Assembly: GCA_002329465.1 (NCBI GenBank)
Contig: DCTW01000005.1
Location: 4,131 to 68,130 of the forward strand
Length of the DNA: 64,000 nucleotides
Direction: 5' to 3'
Source of the DNA: Candidatus Woesebacteria bacterium UBA1430
Lineage (GTDB): Bacteria > Patescibacteriota > Microgenomatia > UBA8517
The notes below the pieces were generated by a model, which was not told the origin of the DNA, ran no database searches, and worked only from the letters and a program-made list of their open reading frames with translations. The translations under genes and the position numbers were made by a program. Shown piece after piece: positions 19,044 through 28,719 of this stretch (position 1 is its first letter; every line of letters starts with the position of its first letter).

Positions 19044-20997
19044 CAAGGTAAAAAATTTCCCAAAAATTAGTTTTGGAAAAATTGTTCTTTCATCTTTAAA
19101 AGAATTTGTATCAATATTTTTTTTTAACATCGTTTTGATCGTTTATCTTTTGGAAATTTTTTTCGTATGGATATCTAAAAGAAAATTTTTTCCCAAAATA
19201 ATTTCGAGAAAAATTAGTCCACCGGTTCGCAAAGTTACTAATAAAATATACTCTCTATCTAAAAGATCCGAAGGCAGTATAAATACAATTAGTTTGATCA
19301 ATCTTGCCTTAAGAAGCATGAGAACCAAAAGATCCAGGACTTTTGTTACAATCGGTGGAATGTCCGTAGGTATCGGTGCGATAGTTTTTCTTGTATCGAT
19401 AGGTTATGGCCTTCAAAGGGTAGTGGTTAGCCGCGTTGCGAGACTCGAAGAGCTTAAACAGTATGAGGTAAGCACCCAAATCGGTTCGCAGGTTAAAATT
19501 ACAGATTCGTCAATGGCTGATATCTCAAACATAGACGGTGTAGTAGAAACTCTGCCGCTTATTGCAGTAGTAGGAAGGGTAAACTACCAAAACTCTGTTA
19601 CGGACCTTGCAGTATATGGAGTAACTTCAAAATTTCTAGTTCACTCTGCTATAAAACCCATTAAAGGCGACACCTTCCGGACAGAAGAAGTTGTCGTTAC
19701 TAAAAATATTCAAGAAGAAGTTTCAGGTGTTTCAGACACGAGGATTGATCAAAATATTGGAGATGAAATCGGAAAAGTGCATTTTTTAATACCCGAGGGT
19801 GAGCAGATAAAAGTAAGAAGCGAACCGTCAAAATCATCGTCACTAGTTGGCTATGCCAAAGGCACGGGTAATGCTCTTTTGGGCACTGAAGTATGGGGAA
19901 GTTATTATGATTCTGCTAACCCCGAAGACCAAGCAGAAAACACAAACGGGCAAAAAATGAGCAAATGGATAAAAGCAAGCCTGCAGGTCTGGGAAAAAGA
20001 AGGAAACGGCTTTACTGTAAAGGGGTTTATTTCAAAAGAGCAAATTAGGGTGTCAGGTGTTTTAGGCACTACAGATGAAATCGATGTTTCGGAGTTGGCA
20101 GAACTTATCGAATCAACAGGCTCGGCAGAAATCGAACTTCTCGAACTTGCTTCCGAATCGGCAGGGCTAAAGAATAATGAAATAAAAAAAGTTGATCTTG
20201 CTGAAAATACGCTTAAAGAAGCGGTTGTCAACAGATCCTTCTTAACTCTTTTAGGTATTGAAGAATCTCAAGCAGTAGGAAAAACTTTTGATATATCTTT
20301 TGTGATAGTCGGAGACCTTTTGTCAAATACGGAGGAAAAAATAGAGTCCATACCGGCTTCTTACAAAATAATCGGAGTTATCCCGGATGAAGATTCTGCC
20401 TATATCTACGTTCCTTTTTCAGATCTTAAAAGCCTTGGTATTAAAAATTATACACAACTTAAATTAGTAGTCGAAGACGATAAAAAACTTGAGCATGCCC
20501 GTAGGCAAGTAGAAGCTATGGGTTTTACAACATCCTCTGTAATAGATACGGTAAATCAAATAGATCAGCTGTTTGCCACCCTAAGATTTGCCCTTGCTTC
20601 GGTTGGAATGATAGCGCTGGCAGTTGCCGCCCTTGGTATGTTCAATACAATGACGGTATCTCTACTTGAAAGAACAAGGGAAGTAGGATTAATGAAAGCA
20701 ATGGGAATGAGATCCGGCGAGGTAAAAGATCTTTTTTTGACCGAGTCAATGACAATGGGCTTTCTGGGAGGTCTTTTTGGATTGGGCATAGGCTTTATTG
20801 CTGGAAAATTAGTAAGCGTACTTATATCCATATTGGCATTAAGTAAAGGCTTAGGCTTTATAGATATAAGCTATATTCCACCTATGTTTATACTAGTAAT
20901 AATTATTATGTCCACTCTCGTCGGTCTTTTTACAGGTATTTATCCTGCCCGCCGTGCCAAAAACATCTCTGCACTCAACGCATTGCGCTACGAATAA
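19027..20997 (+). CDS. ABC transporter permease, MacB/FtsX type, with inserted extracellular domain
   Basis: RSRTFVTIGGMSVGIG; C-terminal NTMTVSLLERTREVGLMKAMG...YPARRA...ALRYE. Confidence 0.92.
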   Translation: MKKAFDKVKNFPKISFGKIVLSSLKEFVSIFFFNIVLIVYLLEIFFVWISKRKFFPKIISRKISPPVRKVTNKIYSLSKRSEGSINTISLINLALRSMRTKRSRTFVTIGGMSVGIGAIVFLVSIGYGLQRVVVSRVARLEELKQYEVSTQIGSQVKITDSSMADISNIDGVVETLPLIAVVGRVNYQNSVTDLAVYGVTSKFLVHSAIKPIKGDTFRTEEVVVTKNIQEEVSGVSDTRIDQNIGDEIGKVHFLIPEGEQIKVRSEPSKSSSLVGYAKGTGNALLGTEVWGSYYDSANPEDQAENTNGQKMSKWIKASLQVWEKEGNGFTVKGFISKEQIRVSGVLGTTDEIDVSELAELIESTGSAEIELLELASESAGLKNNEIKKVDLAENTLKEAVVNRSFLTLLGIEESQAVGKTFDISFVIVGDLLSNTEEKIESIPASYKIIGVIPDEDSAYIYVPFSDLKSLGIKNYTQLKLVVEDDKKLEHARRQVEAMGFTTSSVIDTVNQIDQLFATLRFALASVGMIALAVAALGMFNTMTVSLLERTREVGLMKAMGMRSGEVKDLFLTESMTMGFLGGLFGLGIGFIAGKLVSVLISILALSKGLGFIDISYIPPMFILVIIIMSTLVGLFTGIYPARRAKNISALNALRYE

Positions 20998-21039
20998 TAT
21001 TGCTCCTTAAAGCAAGTAGAATGATATAATACGAATTAT

Positions 21040-21939
21040 ATGAAAAAGATTTTACCCTTACTATTAATAGTATATTTTTTTGTCTTTTCCGAGAAATCTG
21101 TTTGTGCTCAAATAAAGACGGAAGTCCCAAGCCCTACCGCGACTTTCGAGTCTGAACCAACAGCCTCGCCGGATCCGACTCCGGAGCCAACCCCAAGGGT
21201 TGACATTACCCAAAAAAGCGAAGAATCAATAGGCCCTCTCGAAAAGCTTTTAAACGATCAGGTGTTAGGGCCTGTTTTTCCCGCAAACCCACTTAAATAT
21301 GCAATTCGTGCTTCAGTCAAAGCGGGAGTGCCGCCTAACACTATAGTACTTCTAATTCTCTTGCCGTTAATAGCCGCAGTTATAGCAGCGGCACGCCACA
21401 TAATAGGCTTAAGAGGATTTGGTATTTTTCTGCCGGCTGCTTTATCAATAGTATTTGTTGCGATAGGCCCTGTAGTCGGGCTTTTGTTGTTTTTAGTTAT
21501 AGTATCCGCCTCGACATTTTTTAGAATGCTTTTAAGAAAAATAAAAATCAAGCTTCAATATTTACCAAGGATGTCTTTGATTCTCTGGTTTGTTGTCTGC
21601 GGAGTTCTTTTGGTGTTGTTTCTCGCACCGCTTATCAAAATACCCGGGCTTACCAATGTTTCGATTTTCCCGGTTTTGCTTTTGGTTCTTCTTGCGGAAG
21701 ATTTTACCAAACTCCAGCTTGGAAAAAGCGCACGTACAGCGGTAAGCTTTATAACGGAAACAATTATTTTGTCTTTGATATCATATATGTTTCTTACCAT
21801 GCAGTCGCTTCAGCGTTATGCTTTGCTCAATCCGGAGATTACGCTTCTATCGGTTGCGGTTTTTGATCTCATATTAGGAAAATATACAGGCCTTCGCGTA
21901 TTGGAATACTGGAGATTCAGAAAACTAATTAAAGGCTAA
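21040..21939 (+). CDS. 7TM-domain membrane protein (7TM_transglut-like) with Pro/Thr-rich N-terminus
   Basis: LILLPLIA..IAAARHIIGLRGFGIFLP; LPRMS; FPVLLL; GKYTGLRVLEYWRF. Confidence 0.82.
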   Translation: MKKILPLLLIVYFFVFSEKSVCAQIKTEVPSPTATFESEPTASPDPTPEPTPRVDITQKSEESIGPLEKLLNDQVLGPVFPANPLKYAIRASVKAGVPPNTIVLLILLPLIAAVIAAARHIIGLRGFGIFLPAALSIVFVAIGPVVGLLLFLVIVSASTFFRMLLRKIKIKLQYLPRMSLILWFVVCGVLLVLFLAPLIKIPGLTNVSIFPVLLLVLLAEDFTKLQLGKSARTAVSFITETIILSLISYMFLTMQSLQRYALLNPEITLLSVAVFDLILGKYTGLRVLEYWRFRKLIKG

Positions 21940-21943
21940 ATCT

Positions 21944-23269
21944 ATGAAAGCTCAAAACATCTTGGGTCTTAACGCAAGAACTCAACTTTTTTCATATCAA
22001 TACAATAAACCAAAGTCAAAACGCATTGCCTCATCAAAACTGTTAACTGAAAAGGTGCTTAAAAAGGCCGGTATTCCAACTCCGCTAATATATAAAAAAT
22101 TTATAAAGCCGAAAGATATTCTTAATTTTGACTGGAACGGCCTGCCTGAAGCTTTCGTAGTTAAACCAAGCAGGGGACTGGGAGGAAATGGGATCATAGT
22201 CATTAAAAAAAGATCTAAAGACAAAACAGGTTGGATCACAACAAGTAGGAAAAAATTACTCGAAGAAGATTTAAAACTCCATGTTTTAGATATTTTAGAA
22301 GGCGCTTTTAGCATGCACAACTCACCGGACGCAGCCTTTATTCAGGAATACGTACCTCGCCATAAAGCTTTTAGAAAGTACGCATATCGCGGCACGCCTG
22401 ATATAAGAATTATTGTTTTTAACAAAGTGCCGGTAATGGCGATGATGCGTCTTCCCACAAAAGATTCCGGCGGCCGAGCAAATCTCCATCAGGGCGCAAT
22501 AGGTGTGGGAGTTGATATAGCAACAGGTATAACAACAAAGTCTATTTGGTATGGCAATCAGATCCGCTATAAACCGGGCACAAAAAGAAAGCTTCATGGT
22601 ATTAAAATCCCTCACTGGACGGATATATTAAAAATTGCGGTCTTGAGCCAAGAAGCATCAGGGCTTGGACTTTTAGGGGTTGATATTGTTCTTCATCCTA
22701 CCAAAGGGCCAATGGTTCTCGAGTTAAACTATCAGCCGGGTACGCAGATACAGCTTGCAAACATGGCAGGTCTTAGAAAAAGGCTTGAGAGAGTTGAAGA
22801 TCTTAAAGTAAGAGATGCAGAGCATGGTGTTAAAATTGCAAAAGCACTTTTTATGTCTGACTTCTCAGATAGAGTAAAAGCAGATGAAGGGGTAAAAACA
22901 ATTTCGTCATTAGAAGAGATAAAAATAAAAGGCGCTCAAAAAGGGCTCAGAAAAAAGGTTTACGCAAAAGTCGATACGGGTGCCTGGAGAACGTCAATTA
23001 GTAAAAAATTAGCCGAAGAATTAGGACTTCTTAATCAGAATAACATCCTTTGGACTAAAGAATTCAAAAGTTCTCTTGGTAAAGAAGAAAGGCCCGTTAT
23101 AAGCCTTACATTTTGGCTTGCGGGTAGAAAAATCACAACTCCAGCTTCAGTCGCGAAAAGAATGACACTTAAATATCCAATAATAATAGGAAGAAAAAAT
23201 CTTAAAGGTTTCTTGGTAGATCCGCACATTCCCATAGATAAAGTAAAGGAGGCAAGAGAAAAAAAATGA
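21944..23269 (+). CDS. Alpha-L-glutamate ligase-like ATP-grasp protein fused to a RimB-like retropepsin domain
   Basis: ILGLNAR, FVVKP..G.GG.GI, PDIRIIVF, AMMRLPT..SGGRANLHQGAIG, LELN; C-terminal AKVDTGA...IIGR. Confidence 0.88.
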   Translation: MKAQNILGLNARTQLFSYQYNKPKSKRIASSKLLTEKVLKKAGIPTPLIYKKFIKPKDILNFDWNGLPEAFVVKPSRGLGGNGIIVIKKRSKDKTGWITTSRKKLLEEDLKLHVLDILEGAFSMHNSPDAAFIQEYVPRHKAFRKYAYRGTPDIRIIVFNKVPVMAMMRLPTKDSGGRANLHQGAIGVGVDIATGITTKSIWYGNQIRYKPGTKRKLHGIKIPHWTDILKIAVLSQEASGLGLLGVDIVLHPTKGPMVLELNYQPGTQIQLANMAGLRKRLERVEDLKVRDAEHGVKIAKALFMSDFSDRVKADEGVKTISSLEEIKIKGAQKGLRKKVYAKVDTGAWRTSISKKLAEELGLLNQNNILWTKEFKSSLGKEERPVISLTFWLAGRKITTPASVAKRMTLKYPIIIGRKNLKGFLVDPHIPIDKVKEAREKK

Positions 23270-24138
23270 AAGTAGCTTTAGTTACCACACTTCCTTCACT
23301 TATTGAAAATAGCCGCATTAAAGAAGAAATAAAAGCCCTAAACTACAGCTTCACACTAATAGATTTAAGCAATTTTTCCTTCAGCGTAGTTGGAGGAAAT
23401 TTAAGCGTAAAAGGCCTTACGGATCAAGAATTCGATATAATAATTTCAAGAGGAATATTTAGCTCAATAAAACCAATTATAGCCGTTCTTCAGGGATTAA
23501 GAAAAAAGGGAATTAAAATATTTGACAACAATTTTCTTCACGATCAATACCTTATAAACAAAACTTCCGATTTGGCAAAGCTGGCTTTAAATAATATCCC
23601 GGTTCCAAACACCGCTCAATCAAGAAATTTTTCCGACTACAAAAATTTATCAAGTAATTTAGGCTTCCCGTTGGTAATCAAATCTACACGCATGGGAAAA
23701 GGAGCAAATGTGTTCAAAATTTCTAATTTAAATGGTCTTTATAGATTTATCGAAGATGAAGAAAATCGAGGTCGTGAAGCTAAAAACTTTATTCTCCAAG
23801 AATTTATTCCTTATAAATACGACCTTCGTGTCTTAATTATCGGAGACAGGGTTTTTACGATGAGAAGAATACCGGCAAAAGGTGAGTTCAGAGCAAATTT
23901 TTCTTTAGGTGGGCATGTCGAAAAATTTGATTTGGATGAAGATGGCCTAAATTTGGCAAAATCTGCCCTTAAGGCAGTTGGTCTCGAAATTGGCGGAGTA
24001 GATTTGCTCATAACTAAAGACAACAAAAAATATGTTCTAGAAGTAAACCATACGGCTGGGTTTGTAGGCATGGAAAAAGCATATAATGAAAATATCGGAA
24101 AAGTATTTGTTGAATACGCCATAGCAAACGCAAGATGA
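23266..24138 (+). CDS. RimK-family ATP-grasp ligase
   Basis: GFPLVIK, QEFIP, DLRVLIIG, FRANFSLGG, GVDLL, LEVN. Confidence 0.9.
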   Translation: MKVALVTTLPSLIENSRIKEEIKALNYSFTLIDLSNFSFSVVGGNLSVKGLTDQEFDIIISRGIFSSIKPIIAVLQGLRKKGIKIFDNNFLHDQYLINKTSDLAKLALNNIPVPNTAQSRNFSDYKNLSSNLGFPLVIKSTRMGKGANVFKISNLNGLYRFIEDEENRGREAKNFILQEFIPYKYDLRVLIIGDRVFTMRRIPAKGEFRANFSLGGHVEKFDLDEDGLNLAKSALKAVGLEIGGVDLLITKDNKKYVLEVNHTAGFVGMEKAYNENIGKVFVEYAIANAR

Positions 24139-25037
24139 AAATTTTAATAGTTGGTTTAGTCAAAAATAGCCAGATCGTTCGCCTTCAAGAAGAAGGAGAA
24201 AAACGAGGCCACAAAGTAGAAGGCTGCTACACAAACGAGCTTGTAATAGAAACTGGGTCAGATTTTTTTAACCCGACGCTTAGAGGAAAATCCCTGAAGA
24301 ATTATGATCTAATTTACCTCTGGTCAGCAGGAAAACGCAGATGGGAATGGTACACAGCCTGTCTTTATCTTTGGGAAAAATTTGGAAGCATAATAATTAA
24401 CAAAAAGTGCATCTCCCCCGAGTACAATTTTTACTTAACTCCTGCAATTGATTACTATCTTCAGGTAAAAAATAAACTTCCATTTCCACGCTCCGCAATA
24501 ATATTTTCAACCAAATCAATTGACTCGGTTATCAAGGACTTTAACTTCCCGCTTATTCTTAAAACCTCAGGAGGAAGGCAGGGCAAGGGAGTATTCAAAA
24601 TAGAAGATAAAGATGCCCTAAAAAATAAAAGCGATGAGCTTTTCAAAGTTTCACCGAGCCTGGTTATAAGAGAGTTTATTCCAAACGACGGAGATATTAG
24701 AATTTTTACCGTCGGCTACAAGACAATTGCGGCAATGAAACGAATCCCCACACAAAAAGGCGAATTTAGAAGCAACATAAGTCAAGGAGGTAGGGGTGAA
24801 AATTTTAACCTCGATGATTATCCTAAAATTCGCGATATTGCCGAAAAAGCAAGTAAAATTATGGAAACAGAAATAGCGGGTGTGGACATTATAATTGATA
24901 AAAAGACACGCATGCCGTATATTTTGGAAATTAATCCCGGCCCGCAATTTACAGGGCTTGAAAAGTACACCAAGGTAAACGCCGCTAAAAAAATAATAGA
25001 ATATTTCGAAGAAGTTAAACATGCTATAATTCCATAA
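24135..25037 (+). CDS. RimK-family ATP-grasp ligase (second copy)
   Basis: FPLILK..G.QGKGV, EFIP, DIRIF, FRSNISQGG, AGVDII, LEIN.GP.F.GLE. Confidence 0.9.
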   Translation: MKILIVGLVKNSQIVRLQEEGEKRGHKVEGCYTNELVIETGSDFFNPTLRGKSLKNYDLIYLWSAGKRRWEWYTACLYLWEKFGSIIINKKCISPEYNFYLTPAIDYYLQVKNKLPFPRSAIIFSTKSIDSVIKDFNFPLILKTSGGRQGKGVFKIEDKDALKNKSDELFKVSPSLVIREFIPNDGDIRIFTVGYKTIAAMKRIPTQKGEFRSNISQGGRGENFNLDDYPKIRDIAEKASKIMETEIAGVDIIIDKKTRMPYILEINPGPQFTGLEKYTKVNAAKKIIEYFEEVKHAIIP

Positions 25038-25038
25038 A

Positions 25039-25518
25039 ATGTGCATAGAAGCAGGGGAAAACTGCCTGCTCAAAAGCTTTTGTGATTTTTTGGATTTTAA
25101 CCAACTATCAGAACTTCTTGTTGAGAGGATTATTCTGATACACGAAAACACAATACCTTCCTCGGATATATTTCCTCAGTGCCAAGGTGATTTATACCTT
25201 CGTCTTAAAGAGTTGATAAATGAAACTTTTAAAAACACTGATATTATAAAAAAATGTCACGATTTGATAAATGAAAGTGGGATAACCGGAAATGCTGATA
25301 GGGAACTTTTATGTATGGATATCTTTGGAAAAGACAATAATCTTAATAACCCCTCACAAATATATCTTGCCACCCTTTTTATTTCTTCACCCTTTCTTAA
25401 TCCTACCGAATTTGGGCAACATCTAATTGAAGGGCCAAAACAAATTTTGGGATACACCTATCAATTGTCCGCAAAAGACATTAAAACAGTATTTTCGGAA
25501 TTAAATGAATTACTTTAA
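25039..25518 (+). CDS. Hypothetical protein
   Basis: 159-aa ORF with TGcTATAAT 8 nt before the ATG. Confidence 0.6.
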   Translation: MCIEAGENCLLKSFCDFLDFNQLSELLVERIILIHENTIPSSDIFPQCQGDLYLRLKELINETFKNTDIIKKCHDLINESGITGNADRELLCMDIFGKDNNLNNPSQIYLATLFISSPFLNPTEFGQHLIEGPKQILGYTYQLSAKDIKTVFSELNELL

Positions 25519-25539
25519 AAGCCTTTAGCTAAAAAAATT

Positions 25540-25965
25540 TTACTTAAGCTCTACGCTTGCGCCTGCCGCTTTAAGCTTTTCGGCCGCCTCTTTTGCCTCC
25601 TCGGCCTTGGCGTCTTTTAGAATCTCGGCGGGGACAGCCTCTGTCATATCTTTAGCTTCCTTAAGACCAAGATTTTGATTGATCTCACGGATTGCTTTTA
25701 TGACAGCTATTTTATTTGCACCGGAATCGGTAAGAACAACTGTTTTATTTCCGCCTTCATCAGCCGCAGAATCAGCCGAAGCATCACCGGCGGAAGCCGC
25801 AGGAGCTGCAGCCGGAGCAGCCATAGCAATAGGTGAAACACCGAGTTTGTCCTGCAATTCATTAACAAGATCAGATAGCTCAAGCACGGAAAGCTTGCTA
25901 ATTTCATCGACAATTTTTCCAACCTTCACGCTTACTTTTTTGTTGTCTTTATCTTCTGCTGCCAT
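25540..25965 (-). CDS. rplL: 50S ribosomal protein L7/L12
   Basis: LSVLELSDLV, Ala-rich hinge, KIAVIKAIREI...LGLKEAKD. Confidence 0.96.
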   Translation of the reverse strand: MAAEDKDNKKVSVKVGKIVDEISKLSVLELSDLVNELQDKLGVSPIAMAAPAAAPAASAGDASADSAADEGGNKTVVLTDSGANKIAVIKAIREINQNLGLKEAKDMTEAVPAEILKDAKAEEAKEAAEKLKAAGASVELK

Positions 25966-25970
25966 AATTT

Positions 25971-26501
25971 TCACCCCCTTGCCTCAGTTAAAATCAAAAC
26001 AAGTTTTTGCATGTTTGCATTTAAAATTCCTGTTATTCCATACAAAGGTGAAGACACTGCTCCGACAACTCTTGCCAAAAGCTCGTCTTTTCCGGGAAGC
26101 TTTGAAATTCTTATCAATCCCTCTTTATCTTGAAAAACACCTTCAATAACCCCGGCTTTAAAATCCGTAATTTCTGCTTCAAGCTGGAACTTACCAAGTA
26201 TCTGAATGGGGGAAACAGGGTCATCATTCGAAAAAACCAAAGCGGTTTGGTTGGTTAAAGCATTTTCATTATCTGAGATTTCCTTGAATCCGGCATTAAT
26301 AGCAGCAATCTTAAGAAGCGTATTTTTTGCAACAAGCATATTTGCTCCTTGTTCCTTTAGCCTTTTTTTAAGCTCCTGCTGAGACTTTACGTCAAGGCGG
26401 CTATAATCTATTAAAGCAAAGCCCTTAGCAGACTTCATAATAGCCGAAAGCTCTTCTACCTTTTCCTTCTTTTCTGGTTTAATTTTGGTATCTGATTTCA
26501 T
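25971..26501 (-). CDS. rplJ: 50S ribosomal protein L10
   Basis: VAKNTLLKIA, ISKLPGKDELLA; adjacent to rplL. Confidence 0.95.
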   Translation of the reverse strand: MKSDTKIKPEKKEKVEELSAIMKSAKGFALIDYSRLDVKSQQELKKRLKEQGANMLVAKNTLLKIAAINAGFKEISDNENALTNQTALVFSNDDPVSPIQILGKFQLEAEITDFKAGVIEGVFQDKEGLIRISKLPGKDELLARVVGAVSSPLYGITGILNANMQKLVLILTEARG

Positions 26502-26575
26502 ATCAATAAAAAACGCGCCCGAAGCGCGAATTTACTCCTCGGGGTGGCTTACTTATCTGCACCCTGTCTTCGGAT
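26502..26575 (-). promoter_or_regulatory. L10 leader (rplJL autoregulatory RNA)
   Basis: CCGAAGACAGGGTG...CACCCCGAGG resembles the L10-leader consensus and lies directly upstream of rplJ. Confidence 0.7.
26505..26530 (-). terminator. Attenuator-type hairpin in the rplJ leader
   Basis: Minus strand CGCGC-TTCGG-GCGCG followed by a T-run. Confidence 0.7.
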
Positions 26576-26666
26576 AAAGTTATTATATAGCTTACTGCTT
26601 CCAAAAGTCAAAATATGATAAATATTTTATTGACTCAACTTATAATATTAAGTACTATAGGGAAAA

Positions 26667-27242
26667 ATGACCCAGATTGAAATTTCGATAGGTAAGCGCG
26701 ATTCTGTCCCCGCAACTCTTACAGACATAATAAACAGAAGATATCCCTTACTAACATTGGGAAATAGCGCTTCGTTATTAGAGGATTACCGCAACTGGAA
26801 AATTGATGGCTGTTGCATAAGAGTAGAGGATGTCTATTCTCCTTTCGGAAGAAATTTCCTTGACTATGCAATTTCCAGATGCCGCAAAGCAAAGAAAGGA
26901 GAACCTGCTTACTGTGAACATGGAATCAGGGAACACAATAATTTTTTTGAGGTTCTTAAGATTCTCCAAGCCAGAATTCGTAGCGGAGAATTCTTACTTC
27001 AAAGCCAGGACACGGGGAACAAAAAAGGACTTCCAGAACAAAGATTTATACTAACACCCAACAATTATTTTTCCGATAGAAATATCCCTTATGTTGTTTT
27101 TGAAGGGCTTTCAACAATTGCAAATATTGAAATGCAACAACTTGTATTACCAACACCTTCCGATAAAAGACGCTTTTTTGGCTTAATAACAACTAAAATA
27201 ATAACAGCTAAGCGATCAAATAGAGCTATACTCTTCTCTTAG
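26667..27242 (+). CDS. Hypothetical protein
   Basis: 191-aa ORF; TTGACT and TACTAT boxes upstream; no recognisable family. Confidence 0.6.
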   Translation: MTQIEISIGKRDSVPATLTDIINRRYPLLTLGNSASLLEDYRNWKIDGCCIRVEDVYSPFGRNFLDYAISRCRKAKKGEPAYCEHGIREHNNFFEVLKILQARIRSGEFLLQSQDTGNKKGLPEQRFILTPNNYFSDRNIPYVVFEGLSTIANIEMQQLVLPTPSDKRRFFGLITTKIITAKRSNRAILFS

Positions 27243-27477
27243 GTTTTTCTGGCAAAGGGAAATCTGGAATATGATTTGAATAGTTCTGAAGCGCCAGCGC
27301 GAATCCGGAATTTTTATTTGCCTCCTCGACCAATTTATTTATGATGGGATCAAAAAAATCAGATAAGTAGCGAGCCTCATCCGAATCATCTATGGGAACT
27401 AAATAGCAAAAAATTGACCCACCATCATTATAATCAACCTGCCCGATGTGAGAATTTCTATTATCGTCAAATGTCAT
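27226..27477 (-). CDS. Hypothetical protein (small, acidic)
   Basis: 83 aa; ATGA overlap with the upstream ORF. Confidence 0.5.
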   Translation of the reverse strand: MTFDDNRNSHIGQVDYNDGGSIFCYLVPIDDSDEARYLSDFFDPIINKLVEEANKNSGFALALQNYSNHIPDFPLPEKPKRRV

Positions 27478-28016
27478 TCTAAGAGTCCTTTTTTTAAGCC
27501 CTTTCCTAGAACTATCGACGCTTGATCTTCTTTTAGACGGATCGCCCCACAGGGCTTAGATAATTTGTGAGAATCAAAAAGCGAAGCCTTAAATCTCAAT
27601 AAGTCTCGCAACCGTCCCGTTTCCACTTTAGGTATTTTCTTTTTTTCAGGCCATGCGTCAAGATATTCAGAAACTGGTTCTTTATCCATAAAGCTTTCTC
27701 TATGACTTAGATCCGGGATGCCAATTTGTAATAAACAAAATCTATTGGGATGCATTATCAAATATCGATGGTCAACATTATATCGATCTCGCTCAAGATT
27801 AACCCTTATGGGTTTAAGAATTACAACTCCTCCATCATTAATTTGGGCAGCAATAGGAAGATCGGTCAAATTTTGAATATCGGAAATTCTTTGTATGATA
27901 CTGACACGTCTCTCATAAGCACTAATTGCTGCAAGTTCATTTTGAGCGACGGCTTCCTCAAGGTCACTCAGTATATCAGCAGAGGGGACAGGTATATTAT
28001 CATATCTCTCAATCAT
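27474..28016 (-). CDS. Hypothetical protein
   Basis: 180 aa; start overlaps the rplA stop by 8 nt. Confidence 0.6.
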   Translation of the reverse strand: MIERYDNIPVPSADILSDLEEAVAQNELAAISAYERRVSIIQRISDIQNLTDLPIAAQINDGGVVILKPIRVNLERDRYNVDHRYLIMHPNRFCLLQIGIPDLSHRESFMDKEPVSEYLDAWPEKKKIPKVETGRLRDLLRFKASLFDSHKLSKPCGAIRLKEDQASIVLGKGLKKGLLE

Positions 28017-28719
28017 TTAAATCAATCTTCACAGAAGGGGACATACTGGCGCAAACATGCGCGCGATCTACGTTTTTGAGGCCAATAGCGTCAAATATTG
28101 CCTTTATATTTTCAGCAATTTTAGAAGGATCCATTGAAAGCTTGCCGACTGTGGTGTGGATAACAGGCTGCTTTTTCTCCGTCTTTATCGTCACGCTTTT
28201 TGCGGAAAAAAACTCAGCTTCCTTTTCGGATTTTATTAGGGTTTTGTTTTTTGGATTAGGCATAAGTCCGCGTGGACCCAAAATTTTTGCAAAAGGTACC
28301 AATTTGGGCATAAATTCGGCAGTTGCTAGAAGTACATCAAAATCTATTTTTCCCGATTCAAGTTTTTTTATTGTTGCTTCACTTGCTAATTCAATGCGTT
28401 TTTCTTTTCCTGTGGAATGCGGTAATTCAAGATTAATTTGAATATCGTCTTTTTTTGTTTTTATATGAAGCTCTACTGTACCGTCAAACTTTGCAAGATG
28501 TGTTTCCTTAATAAGCTTTAGAGCATCTTTAATTGAATAAAGCTTGTTTTTATCTATTTTGGATTTCATTTCTTTATATCTTTTTCCTCGCTCCTTTTTG
28601 GCTCTTTTGGATGATTTTTTGGTTTCTTCTGCCTCTGGTTTTTCAAAAACCGGTTCAGCATTTTTAAGATCTGAAGCTTTTCCTGTTTCTCCGACTATTG
28701 CCGTTTTAGTTTTTCCCAT
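28009..28719 (-). CDS. rplA: 50S ribosomal protein L1 (N-terminal extension, shortened core)
   Basis: KFDGTVELH, LPHSTGK, KILGPRGLMPNPK. Confidence 0.95.
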   Translation of the reverse strand: MGKTKTAIVGETGKASDLKNAEPVFEKPEAEETKKSSKRAKKERGKRYKEMKSKIDKNKLYSIKDALKLIKETHLAKFDGTVELHIKTKKDDIQINLELPHSTGKEKRIELASEATIKKLESGKIDFDVLLATAEFMPKLVPFAKILGPRGLMPNPKNKTLIKSEKEAEFFSAKSVTIKTEKKQPVIHTTVGKLSMDPSKIAENIKAIFDAIGLKNVDRAHVCASMSPSVKIDLND

